Assembly: GCA_045837725.1 (NCBI GenBank)
Contig: JBEWZL010000077.1
Location: 310,001 to 374,000, forward strand
Direction: 5' to 3'
DNA length: 64,000 nt
Origin: Vermamoeba vermiformis
Lineage: Eukaryota
In this document: positions 25,217-37,400 of the stretch, piece after piece
How the letters are laid out: the number at the start of each line of letters is the position of its first letter
Position numbering within the stretch: position 1 is the stretch's first letter
Made by a program: the position numbers and the translations under genes
Notes under the pieces: generated by a model
Seen by the model: only the letters and a program-made list of their open reading frames with translations
Database searches by the model: none
Told to the model about the DNA's origin: nothing

Positions 25217-27056
25217 ATGAGCTCTAATAAGCAAAAGGGTTCGAAAAAAGAACCGGCGGACGGTAAGTTGACTGCAGATGCCACGTAATTAACCTTGAAT
25301 TGCTTTAAAAAATTAATTAAATTGTTCAAGGGTTTTATTAGTGCTTATAAATGGTTATGTCACTCTATTTATCGTGGTTGTATTTAAAAATATTTTGCAT
25401 TAATTTAATTTTTATTTGCAGAGCTCCAAAAGCTGAGAGAAAAGCAACATCATGATAGAAAGAAAATCACGTTATTTAGAAGCCCTATTAAGACTCTCTA
25501 TATCTTCGCTTTGGTTGTCCTAGGCTGGATCAAGCGATCGGCTGTTTTTCTTGTTTCTCACAAACTCTTGTTTTATTTATCAACATTGACACTCTCAGCT
25601 GCATTAGCCGCATATTTACTGCCTGGACCTCATCAAGTCGTAAGTCAATTTTTCCTTACTTGCAGAACTACCAAACAAATTTAAAAAAATTCAAATTAAT
25701 TTTTAATAATACGCTAATACGTCCATTACAATATAGTTCGTCGATTCAGCGATGCAAGTCGGTTCTCGTATTGTTTGGTGGGTCGTGCTCGGAGTACTGT
25801 CCTCGATTGGTCTCGGTACGGAATCAAATATTCCGCTCTGAGTGTTAGTTCTAAATCAGTCTAATTGTGTGCTATTAATAGGCACTGGTCTGCACACATT
25901 TGTGTTGTATTTGGGACCATTCATTGCTCAAGTGACCCTCGCAGCCACTGAATGCAAATCAACTGACATTCAAACTTATGGCCCCAACAGGTACGCGAGA
26001 GTTATATTACTATAATTGATATATTAATATATTAATATGCTATTCTTGCAGATTGTTGTGTCCTGATGAAGCACTCGCAGCAGATCCAAACGCACCAGTG
26101 CCGGGCTTCGTTCAAATCGCTCAACTGGTCATCTTTGAAGGTAGGTCTAATCACGCGATATGTCGTAACAAATGGACATATGACTAACGCACTGATCAGC
26201 ATTCTTGTGGGGCATGGGCACTGCCATCGGTGAATTGCCTCCTTACTTTGTGGCTCGTGCAGGTACAATAGGAATAATAATTAATAATAGTACATAATAA
26301 TAATGATATTTTTGTAGCTCGTTTGACTGAAGAACGATTGAAACAACGCAAAATCGATTTGTTGGACGAAGAAGACGAGGGCAACGGCATTGTCGCGCGA
26401 TTGAAGCAGGTAAATAGTACAGCGCAACGAGTATTATACGGTGTTAATATTAACATTGCATCGATTCAGTTCGTAGTCAACAATTTGGGTCGTTTGGGCT
26501 TCTTCGGCATCTTGTTGTTCGCGTCAGTGCCCAACCCCTTGTTTGATCTCGCAGGTCTGACTGCTGGTCACTTGTTAGTGCCGTTCAAAACATTCTTCTT
26601 CGCGACGCTGATTGGCAAGGCTGTCATCAAGGCTGTCTTCGTGCAAGTAAGTTCGATCACGTGCTGTTCAACACTCACTGACACGTGTCACACTAGTCGT
26701 TCTTGTTGGTCACCGTGTTCAGCAAAGATCACTTGGAGACCGTTATTTCGCTCATTGAACGTGTCTTGCCGTTCTTGAAGGGCAAATTGCAACAAATCTT
26801 CGATGACGTCAAGAAACAATATCACCACACTGCTGCCAGTGACACCGCTCACGTGGTCAAGGTAAGTCGTTTTGTATGATCTTAATGCAAATGATGCTAA
26901 TTCTCTGATCAGAAAACTAACTACTTGTCGCTCGTGTGGGACGTGGTGTTGGCAGTGATGATTTCCTATTTTGTCGTGTCACTGGTCAACTCGACCGTTC
27001 AAGAATATCTTCATGAACGCGACGAAGAAGAATTGGAAAAGAGAAAGAAGAAATAA
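25217..27056 (+). CDS. VMP1: Vacuole membrane protein 1 (TMEM49)
   Basis: [70 protein letters not shown]. Confidence 0.96.
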
Positions 27057-27128
27057 TAAATAAAGAGAGCCTCCCTCGTAAATAAATATCACCCTATCGC
27101 CATGTAATTAAAGAACTACAATTCTCTT

Positions 27129-28661
27129 TTACTTGAGTGCATTCAAAGCACACCGCAAGTTTACTGCTTGGTGTCACCTTCTTTCTTGTCACGAGCAGCG
27201 CGTCTCTTGACAGCCGCAAGACCTTGGCTGACGACTGTGGAGGCAACGTATGACTTGGGGATGATCTTGGTGGTCAAGAAGCTGCGTGATATTCTCATTA
27301 GATATGAGTACTATATTAATATTGTATATACGCACATCATGACGTCGTGGAAGAAATAACCAGTGTTGAACTTGGTGCCCAATGCGTTCAACGAGGCACG
27401 AGCAAAAGTCTTGGCGGAGGGAACCAAAGCAGAGGTGCGCTTGATCTTGCTCATCTTGGAGGACTAAGCATATAAATGCGTGTTATTAATATCCATCTAT
27501 TATCTGTGAATTAGCATTGAACTTACGACAAAGCTGGGAGTGATGTTCTCGACGACAATGCCCTTGTTGGCGTACCTATAGAAATAAGGTTATGAGTCTC
27601 ATATTAACATAATAAGCCGTGCTTGACACCTACTCGAATTGAATGTTTTGGGAGAAGTGATTGACGTATGACTTGCTGGCACCATAGACGCTCAAGAGAG
27701 GTGCGGGGATGACTGAGGAGATCGAGCTAATGTTCAAGATGAGACCCTTCTTCCTGCAGCATGACATCATTAATATCATATTCACTAGTATAGGTGTTAT
27801 ATGTACGTACTTGGTCAACATGGATCTGAGGACGATCTGAGTAACCATAGTAAGAGCAGTGATGTTCAAATCAACGATTTCCTTCAATCTCTTCGAGTCC
27901 AATTCGTGCAAATATGCAGGCAAGTCGTATGAGACACCAGCGTTGTTAACTGTTTGATAATAAAATATTTAGCAATTTTTTTCTGGAGGAGATCTGAGAC
28001 TTACTCAAAACAGTGGCATTCAAATCAGCGATCTCAGCAGCGAATTTAGCCCAAGCAGCTTCATTAGCGTGAGCCAAGTCGATGATAACGACGCGAGTTT
28101 GAGCGCTGGGAGTGGTCTTTTTGATCTCCTCTTGAACAGCATCCAATTTCTCCTTGGATCGACCAACGAGGCAGACATTGGAGCCGCGACGTGCGAGTTC
28201 AAGGGCGTATTCTTTACCAATACCATCAGAGGCACCAGTGACCACTTGAATTATAAGGGGTTAGTTTTTAGCACGTGATCCAAAAATAGAGGATAATCCA
28301 ATAATTGATTTTACAATAAATATTATAACATGAGCCGTATAATATTCTACTATGCTCGTCAATAAGTAATTGAGCGGATTATTATTTCTAAAAAAATTTT
28401 TTGCTATCAGCGCTGATAGTTGATCCGATCAACGGGATATTGTAACATACCAGCCCAAGACTCTCCTTTCTTAATAAACTTGCGCAGATTAGAGGGAGAA
28501 AAGAATCGCTTGAGGATCAAGAACCCAAACAGAGTTTTCAACCAAGAGAGCACTTTGAGACAACCAATAATGAAGGCAAAAGCGAGGAGGTAAGCCAAAT
28601 AAGGGTGAGACATGCGCACATCTGCGAATGCAGTGGCGAGAATACTAAGATGTTGTTGCAT
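27129..28661 (-). CDS. Very-long-chain 3-oxoacyl-CoA reductase / HSD17B12-like SDR
   Basis: N-terminal hydrophobic segment, [35 protein letters not shown] catalytic motif, FVSSKMSKI. Confidence 0.9.
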
Positions 28662-28871
28662 ATTGTTGTGCTGGTTTGTACGATCGGGCAACAAAAAGAC
28701 AAAAATTTGCAACGAGCCATTTTAACCAACTGTGTGACGTGGCTTACACATTCAAAGCTTACGTCATATATTTCTTAATTAGGAAATCCTGCGGATAGTG
28801 GATCAAGCGTGGAATAGTAAACTAGCGACAGATCAGCAACACGACAGATCCCAACTACAAAAAAAGTTATA

Positions 28872-30031
28872 ATGTTTCCATTATTGAAAGTAGTATTATT
28901 AGGCGATGCTGGGTAAGTTTAAGTGAAGCACTTGCAATGTTCCTCGGATCTTCCGTAAATAACACGAAGAACCTACAATTAGGGAATTAATGTTACTTTA
29001 TTGCCCTATTTTATTGATATTAATTTATGATCGTTATTTAGGGTTGGAAAAACCTCGTTGATGGACAGATATCCTTAAAAATATTCATAAAATTTGGAGG
29101 ATATTTTCTGCGGCAATATAACGTTTATTATTACCGATTAATATATAATATTCTCCTTAATGTACGATTACATTTGTAAATCAGACTTTTTCAGAGCGAT
29201 ACAAGGCGACAATTGGAGCAGACTTTTTGACAAAAGAACTACGAATAGAGAATAAACTCGTTACATTACAGGTAAATAGTTCATCTAATTTTAATGTTAT
29301 AATATTCCTAACATTATTTCTAGATTTGGTACGTGTTACATCAAAGGCGATCTGCACACAATTATTTATATCAAACACTTTAATAGGGACACTGCTGGCT
29401 GTGAGCGATTTAATTCGTTAGGCAGTGCATATTTCCGAGGATCAGATTGTTGTATATTAGTATTCGACGTTACCGACGCAAAGTCACTCGTAAGTTCAAA
29501 TAAGCTAAATTTGGAACGGATCCATCGTTACTAATCAATTATATTTGAATAGAACTCGTTGACTTTTTGGAAAGAAGAATTTTTTATGCACGCATTAGAG
29601 GACGAAAAAGACAGAAAGACATTTCCATTTGTCGTATTAGCCAACAAAATTGATATGTTAGAGCGACGCGTAGTACGGATCTGACCGAATATTTATATCA
29701 GCAGTGGCAGTGTTAACTAATTGTTGATTATATAGGTCACAACAGAACAGGCCCAAGAGTGGTGCAAGAGCAACGGCCACAACATTAATTACTTTGAAAC
29801 GAGTGCCAAGTCCGGTCAAAATGTCGAATCAGCATTCAAAGTGGCTGTGACAGCAGTGCTGAAACAGTACTTGGACGAAGAACGCAACTCCACGTAAGTA
29901 CTGACGAGCGACTATAAGACAGAGTGCACTTTAACTAACGCCCTAATAATAGACCTAGTACGAGGCCTCCAACAGCAGTAGATTTGCGCGCACAAAAACC
30001 AAACAGTCGCGACAACGATTGTCCGTGTTAA
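28872..30031 (+). CDS. Rab7-like small GTPase (contains a U12 AT-AC intron and a 5-nt microexon)
   Basis: Spliced: [42 protein letters not shown]...[18 protein letters not shown]...[11 protein letters not shown]...FETSAK...CPC*. Confidence 0.92.
29069..29171 (+). other. U12-type (minor spliceosome) AT-AC intron
   Basis: 5' splice site ATATCCTT, branch site TTCTCCTTAAT about 10 nt before the terminal AC; removal restores the conserved Rab7 frame. Confidence 0.93.
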
Positions 30032-30600
30032 TAAAATGTCTTGTGTATTAATTCTAATGGCAGAACAGAGCTGCTCGTGTATAATAATAATAGTACTTAA
30101 CCGTTGCCTATTTACACGTGCTGAAGTTAACACAATGCAGTGCAAGTTCATATTATTAACCCTCCCTGAAGACACGTGTCTTGTTTTAACACCAAATGAT
30201 ATTTTTCAACTGTCGTCGTCACAGCCCTATATCCAATAACACAACACATAAAAGGTATAAATTCTAATGCAATTAGCAAAATGTCGTTACTCTGCTGGGC
30301 ATTGGTTTTCAGCTTCCAAATTGATCAGATCGTAGAAGAACTAATTAGCTCATAATATTAATTTTGCAGCACTGAACTTGTTAATAACAGCATATTCAAG
30401 CTACTAACAATGATGATTGACGCTGGAATTTTATTTCAAATTGACAAATAATTTATTTTAATACAAGATATTATTTTATCGTGCAAACTTGAATCATTAG
30501 CTGCATTACATTATTAAATAATAAAATAGCAATTTTTAATTTTATTCTTGCTTTGAAAAATCAAGATCTGACTTTTTAATGCAGATTCAATACATACAAC

Positions 30601-30885
30601 ATGGCAGACGCAAAAATAACAGTCAAGAGCGTGGATATGTCCGATGAGATGCTTGACGATGTAAAGAAATTAGCGAAAGACAGTTTTCAGCAATTTGAAG
30701 GCAAAAACGTAGTCTGCCGAGATGTGGCCTCAGCCATCAAGAAAGAATGCGACAAACGATTTGGAGGTACTTGGCACTGCATTGTAGGCAAGGATTTTGG
30801 CAGCTTTGTTAGTCATGAATCGAAGCACTTCGTTTATTTCTATTTGAACGACTACGCCATTTTGCTGTTCCGTGCAGGCTTGTAA
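30601..30885 (+). CDS. Dynein light chain type 1 (LC8 family)
   Basis: VKSVDMSDEM...DVASAIKKECDKRFGGTWHCIVGKDFGSFVSHESKHFVYFYL...ILLF. Confidence 0.95.
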   Translation: MADAKITVKSVDMSDEMLDDVKKLAKDSFQQFEGKNVVCRDVASAIKKECDKRFGGTWHCIVGKDFGSFVSHESKHFVYFYLNDYAILLFRAGL

Positions 30886-30967
30886 TATAATACCTTTATT
30901 TAATAAATTCTAACATATATGCTTACTCGTCCGAATTAAGCTTTAACTAGGATCATGAAAGTTCCTC

Positions 30968-31283
30968 AAAAAAACTAGCATTGCCACAGCTTTCCTTACT
31001 GAAGCTCGCTTTCCTACGCCTGAGGCAAAGAGTTCAGCGTAACGATGCAGCACGATAAGTACTACCAAGCGAGTTCCATGTACCTTAACAACCGCCACTT
31101 CTGATTGGTCCAGTAAAACTAACGGTAAATCTGAACGCTATCTCCCTTAGGGAAGCGCTACTGTGCCTACAATACTCGTACTAACGCTATTCGACATATA
31201 GGCAATAGAAAGCGCCGCAATCCAAGGGAAGTTACCCGGTAAAGCGTGCGTACAAACTTTCCGTATTTGGAAGATTCAGCTAA
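30968..31283 (-). ncRNA. Candidate ~310-nt multi-domain structured RNA ending in a T7 run
   Basis: Two nested helical domains with G:U pairs on the minus strand, short 5'/3' closing stem, TTTTTTT immediately downstream. Confidence 0.45.
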
Positions 31284-31349
31284 AATTAAACTCTGTTAAT
31301 GAACGGCAGCAGGTGAACTACATTCGAATAGTTGTATTATGTTCGCGTT

Positions 31350-34300
31350 ATGAACATCAAAAATATCATAACGGCTGAGACATCGGCCCTTCCCGACAAA
31401 GCCTCAAGTGATAACACTGAAAAACTGCCGAGGGCCGAGTCCGCGGCCGCTCTACCGGACTCCTTGGAATCAGCAGCAACGCCTTTGATGAAAATACGAT
31501 TCACGGCATCGGGTTCACCGTCTCTGCCAACAAAGGTAAATTTTTAATTAAGATAATAATATTTTCATTCGCGGATCTGCTGAGAGCTCTCTACCAGCTG
31601 TCGTAATTAATTCGTCGCATTAATATAAATTAACTGGCAATATAGAAAAGTATTCATAAAGACTTTGGCGACATTCTTTTTCTTATTACTTTTACATCCG
31701 CATCCACTTTCCGCTAACTTCGTACTTAGGCATCACCAGACGAAAGTGTCCCCAGTAAATCAATATTCGAGGATCCAGACGTTGACGAGAAGAAGTCACT
31801 GCTCATTTGGTTTTTCGGTACACCGATCACTACAGAGATGGTAGAGAAGATCGTGCCTGCCTTTCTGGAGTCTCGCAAGGCAAGAATTCCTTCGTCGATT
31901 ACTAAATCCACGCGGAGAGACGATGTGATTCGAGTAGTTTACGAATCCACCGCGGATTGCCCAAAGAAGCTCAGAGGTGAATTTCAGTTTGTCTACAACG
32001 ACAAACCGATTCGCATGTACTTCGGCAAGACCATAATGACCACACCCCGCGCTTCTTCGCCTCCCAAGATGTTGGACAGTCCCCAAACCGCGTCGGTACA
32101 AACCCTAAATCCAGAAAGTGCGGGCGTGGTTGTTATCTCAGTGCCGAAAAAAACCGAACCACCACCAAAGGTGCAAACGAGCGCCCAAATGCAAGGCACG
32201 AAGATACGCTTTCGGAGGTCTAAACCCATCTCAACGGATGTGGGGCCTGGTCTAACGCCGACGCCAGAAAATATTAATTGCTACTGCGGGTCCAAGACTG
32301 TATCGCCCGAGACTATTGGCACGTGGCCCGATTTGAAGTGCTCGAAATGTCACGCATTCTTCCACGGCAGATGCACCCAACAAACGCACCTAAAACCACT
32401 GCTGCCTGGCGATATCTATTACACGTTTATGTGTAAAAAATGTGGTTGTGACATCGAATTATTTGCAAAACAGGCAAAATCGTGGTCGCAAGTGCTGCAG
32501 ATCGCTTTCTACAATCTGACCTGCGCAAAACGAGGCGGAAGAGTCGATCCGCCGGACGATAATTTGGAGTATTTTTCCTTGGATGAGCTGTGCACATTCA
32601 TAGCGACCAACCGCCTCCTATTAGCAATTAAAGGTAATTAGACACCAAAAATATTTTCTGATTTTTTTCTAATGAAGGTATAAATATCGGCATTAACCCG
32701 ATAAATATTTGCAATATTCTCTATTAATATTTAACGATCCATTAATTAATTTAAATTACAGAGAGTATTGACGTGACCGCCATGCTCCTGCAAGAAAAGC
32801 TGAAAGAACAGCCCTTATTCTTCGCCAATAAGGACAGTTTGTGGGCCTTCAACAAGGCTCATCTTCATCCTGGCTCGTATTCCTTCATAATCAAGTGCGT
32901 AGTTTAGTAACCGCATCACGTGTCATTAACTTGATTTGACAGCCCTGAGCGCAGCAACACACCGAGTGGCCTCGTGGCGATTGATCTGAACGGCACCTCG
33001 AGCGCAGATTTCTTGCCAAATCCAGCGGCATACAGCACACCGATTGAGCCCATGAAAATGTCCACACCGCTCGTTGAAATTATTCCGCCAGGTCTTCCCA
33101 TCGATCGCTCCAAGTTCACCGACTTGCGTACTCAACTGACCAATCGGCTGCAACAAGCTACTGGCACTGCTGTGATGGGCTCGGTGTCCGCAACTGGCCA
33201 AGTTGTTCCGTCACGTGTGCAACAACCAATCATTGTCAGCGCGGTGCAATCCTCACCGACACCCATCAACATGTACAAGCCAGGAGTGATCATGCCGTAC
33301 ATGACATTCCCAACACAGCTCGTGCCGTATCCGCCTGAGATGCTGCAGCCCATGCAGATGGCCATGCCGCCAATGTACCAACCAGCGCCTGCAATAGCAC
33401 CACCTCCTGACGAACCCAAGCGCGATCAGTTCGAGGAAATTGCGAGCATCATTGCCTCGGCCAAAAAAGCCGCAGCGAGTTCTACCGTCCCGCGCTACAC
33501 ATTCACCAAGGGCAGAGTTAGCGGATACAACACGCGCAGACGATCTGATCGAGGCAATCGCAGCAGTCGCGAGAATCGTCAGTCAAGAGACAAAGACAAC
33601 AGCAGTAATAATAATTCCCAACGTAGCAGCGGCGGCAGTAGCGGCAGCGGTGGAAACAACAACAATAATAATAACAACAACAACAACAACAACGGTCGTG
33701 AGAACGGACACAACAATGTGGTCACTGTCGATGAAGACGAAGACGAAGAGAAGTCGGAGTCTAACAAGAAAAAAAGAACTCGTGACCAAGTCGCAGACTC
33801 AGATCCCAGCACGACTGACGTGCAAGTCAAGGAGATTGAGATCGACAACGAGGCCCTTGAGACACCGCCCGTGAAGAAGCCACGCCTCACTATCCCACAA
33901 CCCACGCTGCTCAGTGTGGAACCGATCAACTCTTCGGAGAGCAGAGCTACACAAGTCACGCGTGAGACTACAAACACGAGCACATTTGCAGTTGGCTCAC
34001 CTGTGCCCATGCCCGTGCCGAGAGTAAGTCACGTGATCAAATGAACTTGCCCGAAATTTCATTCTAACCACGTGTTTTTTGCAGCAACGCTCACCAACAC
34101 CCACACCAACACCACCGAAAATACTTGCAATGCCACACATTGACAATGACAACGTGACTGAAGTTGAAGAGATTTTGGGCGTTAAAGTCGTCGCGTCAAA
34201 GCTGTTCTTTTACATTCGATGGCGAATACCACCTGGTGTCAGCGAAGCAGATCAGGAGTGCTTTTATTCGTTCTTGCCTGCTGAAGTGTTGAACCAATTA

Positions 34301-34393
34301 GCGCCGCAGAAAGTGATTCAATTCTATCAGAGTCGCATTCAATTTGACAAAAATGTCATCAGTTTTGGAACACTGCCAAATAACGGCAAGTAG
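31350..34393 (+). CDS. Chromatin protein: ASH2L/PCL-type PHD-winged-helix + low-complexity linker + chromo-shadow domain (start uncertain)
   Basis: CYCG...LKCSKCHAFFHGRC...LLPGDIYYTFMCKKCG...SWSQVLQIAFYNL; C-terminal VEEILGV...LFFYIRW...PAEVLNQLAPQKVIQFYQSRI. Confidence 0.8.
33655..33693 (+). repeat. (AAC/AAT)n trinucleotide run encoding poly-Asn
   Basis: aacaacaacaataataataacaacaacaacaacaacaac in frame. Confidence 0.9.
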
Positions 34394-34459
34394 ATCTGGA
34401 TGTGGCATGAAACAACTTTGTAAATTTACTGTACATAATAACGGACTGTCGAAATAAAA

Positions 34460-37400
34460 TTATTCTTTCTCTTCTCGTTGAATAATTCTATCACCGAGTT
34501 GTTTGGCCAAATAGCGGTAAAATCTTAACAGATCCGGTTAGATTATACAATTAAAAGTCAAGTGTTTAATATGTACCTGTAAGCGAGATGTGGATGCGAA
34601 TAGAACAACATGTTCAAGTAGCTGCCATCAATGACGTTTCTACAAGGAGTTAGTCAGACATCCAAATTAGGCAATTCTGATCACGTGATCTACTTACACC
34701 ACGACTTGATCAGTGCTCGCAATCACAAAAGCCGAAGCTGCACTGCCCTGCAACAGCCCAATCTCACCGAAGATCTCGCCTTCATTCACTGTACCGAGCA
34801 CCTATAACCAAATATAGTAATGAGTACTTTCATGCTGTTGGTGCATTGATATGACGTACCTTGTTGTGCAATTCAATGCGACAACTGCCCTCAGCGATCT
34901 GAAACATGGCTGGATAGACCTTGCCCTGTTGCATCACCACCTCGCCCTTGTCATAGCTGCGTGTGTCGTGATGATTCCAGCCACGCAAAATCAACGACCA
35001 TTCGCTCGGTGTCAAATCTCTGCAATATTTGGTTAGCCCTTACGTTACCAAATAAGGAAATATCGACGCATACTGATCATCGATCTCTTCTTCTGAGTCG
35101 AGATCGGCTTCAACGACGTTTCTGCGCGGTGACGAGAGAGATTTGTCGCTGCCAATAGCGTTCTCATCCGAGGACGTGCTGCGTACACTGGCCACACTCG
35201 ATGTTGTGGCAGGGCCAGTGGTCTTGTGTGCTTTGGTACTGAGCTCGGGGTACCATAGACTATGAATCAGTGCCGCCACACCATTCACCTCGCTCTTTTC
35301 GACTGTGATACGTGCTTCCTAATAAGGAAATTTTTAGAAGTCAGCGGCAGACGAGCCACAAAAAAAAACGTACCCTGATTTTGCCTTCAGCCCTCCATTT
35401 GAATGATAATTTAGCGCTATCTTCATTGGCATGGAAAGTGACCATTGTTTTTAGTGAAATTAATTCCTAGAATAAAAACATCAATTTAGGTAACCGAGCT
35501 CAAGAGGAGGATCTTACCTTGACTTTACGGCCAAACACCTGAGCGTGGAAACCAATGTAATTCTGAGAAATGTATAGCTTGCCATGATTATTCTTAACAT
35601 GAGCGCGATAAGTCTTGATCAACACCTCTTCAGGGCCCAGATCAAATTTCTTTACAAAGTCAAAATCTCGCTTAATCTCGTCCAATGCACCGTCCACTGG
35701 CTTAACCACCGACATTTGTCTGCGCAGCGTTGAAGTAGTGCGCTCTAATGTCTAAATTAGGGAAGAATTATCAGAATCGGTTGATTATCGGTCATTTCCT
35801 TTAAAGGCAAAAGATGTACCTGATCGTGGGCCAATAATCTCTTGCACAGTTTGGTCGCTAAAAACTTGTAAAATCTGATGCCCAAGTGCGGATCTGTGTG
35901 GAACAATTGGAACAATAATGATGGCGCTATTTGATGCAACACTACGTCATCGGCTGCAGACTGTAAGATCTGTCAGTAGACTTCCAAATAAGGAAATTCA
36001 ATGACACCTACGATAGTGGCCGAGACTTGACTTCTGTTCGTTAAAATTGAAATTTCACCAAACGCAGCGCCAGGTCCAAGTTGCGTCAATTTGACACGAT
36101 CACGTGATATCTCCACGTGACCAGATTCAATCCTGTCACTCACGTTAGCATCGATGTGCTCGTTCATGAAACAGATCATCAGTCACGTGCCTGTACAAGA
36201 ACTGATTTGGCGTGTTTTGTTTCACGATCACCGTGCCCTTTGGATAGGTCTTGTGTTGCGCACCTGTTTCGAACACGTGAGCATTACCAAATAAGGAAAT
36301 GACATGACCGTACCCGTCAGGATGATGGCCCAATCACGTGTGGTGAGTTCAGCCTTGGTGACACTGAGCGCATTCAATTCTTTCAGTTGATTTTCATACC
36401 TCTTCGCGGCCCAGTCATTCGCGACCACGTGATACAGCGCCATTAGTCGCTCAGTCTCGTCTTTGACAGGTGTCAAAAGCTGACCACTAGTAGACCGAGA
36501 GATCTCCAATGAGGCCGACATCAACACGTGCGCTGCTGTGGCGACCTGTTCGAACATCTGATGCACGTGCTCGATCAAAAACACGAGCACTTTCACGTTC
36601 TGTTTTTCCGCTTCGTTCACTGAAACAGTAAGAGGGCTTGGTGGCACTGGACCCATCAACAGCGGTGCTATTTTACGGCAATATTAACCATCGATTACGA
36701 TCGCGTATTATTCTTAAATAGAACTTACCAAATATGGTAGCTAATTGTTTGGCATTGCCTAAATTAGACAAACAAACTAAAAGCTGAAGACGGTATGAGG
36801 TCAGTATGATTATGATTAATAGGTGTTACTTTAACCAATACAAACCTTATGCAACAAATGCTGTTGTTTAGGAGCCAATGAATGCACTAACAACTTCATG
36901 CAGCCTATGCGATCTTCTTTGTCTATTCTTAAATTAGAAAAGTTATTATATAGTCCTTGTACTTGCCTTGCAGAGCTATTCGCATGAACAAGGGCAGTTC
37001 TGGGGCAATAACGCGGTGTTCACTCGCATTTAATTGACTCAACAACAAGGCAGCGATGATTTTAGGCTCTTTTTGCTCCAACTCATCCAGATTATTCTCT
37101 ATAATACATTATATTACTATTACGCATTAAGGTGTGGCTATTTAGAATTACCTTTTTCGTATTTCTGACGCAACTCTTGGATCTCGATCGTGTTCCAGTC
37201 CTGATTGAAGATAGAAGCCGAGTGATCTTTCTTGTTTAATATATCCAAGCACTTCTCAATGAGTTTGTTCAGTTTAATTTTGCCTTGGAAACTACAAATA
37301 GAGCTATTAATTTATCTGCATACGCGTACTAGATCCAGTTTGACTTACCCTTGCATTTCTTTCCACTCTCTGCTCTTAATGAACTTAGGCAATGAATCGG

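Noticed and set aside
30254-30586. Long putative 5'UTR intron of the dynein light chain with AGAAGA and ACA boxes
   Set aside because: Hairpins are weak and pocket-to-box spacing does not fit H/ACA rules; no CTGA D box follows the TGATGA.
30990-31002. Minus-strand CAGTAAGGAAA resembles the U12 snRNA branch-site-pairing sequence
   Set aside because: The U12 5' end (GCCUUAAAC) is absent and the motif sits in a stem near the 3' end of the structured island.
31120-31265. GGAAAGTTTG and TTCAGATTTA resemble RNase P CR-I/CR-V (P4)
   Set aside because: They pair as an ordinary nested helix mid-molecule, not a pseudoknot next to P1; other conserved regions were not found. No telomere-template repeat is present either.
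36955-36972. Apparent GC donor (AAG|GCAAGT) in the RGS gene
   Set aside because: It is out of frame with the acceptor; the GT four bases downstream gives the correct frame.
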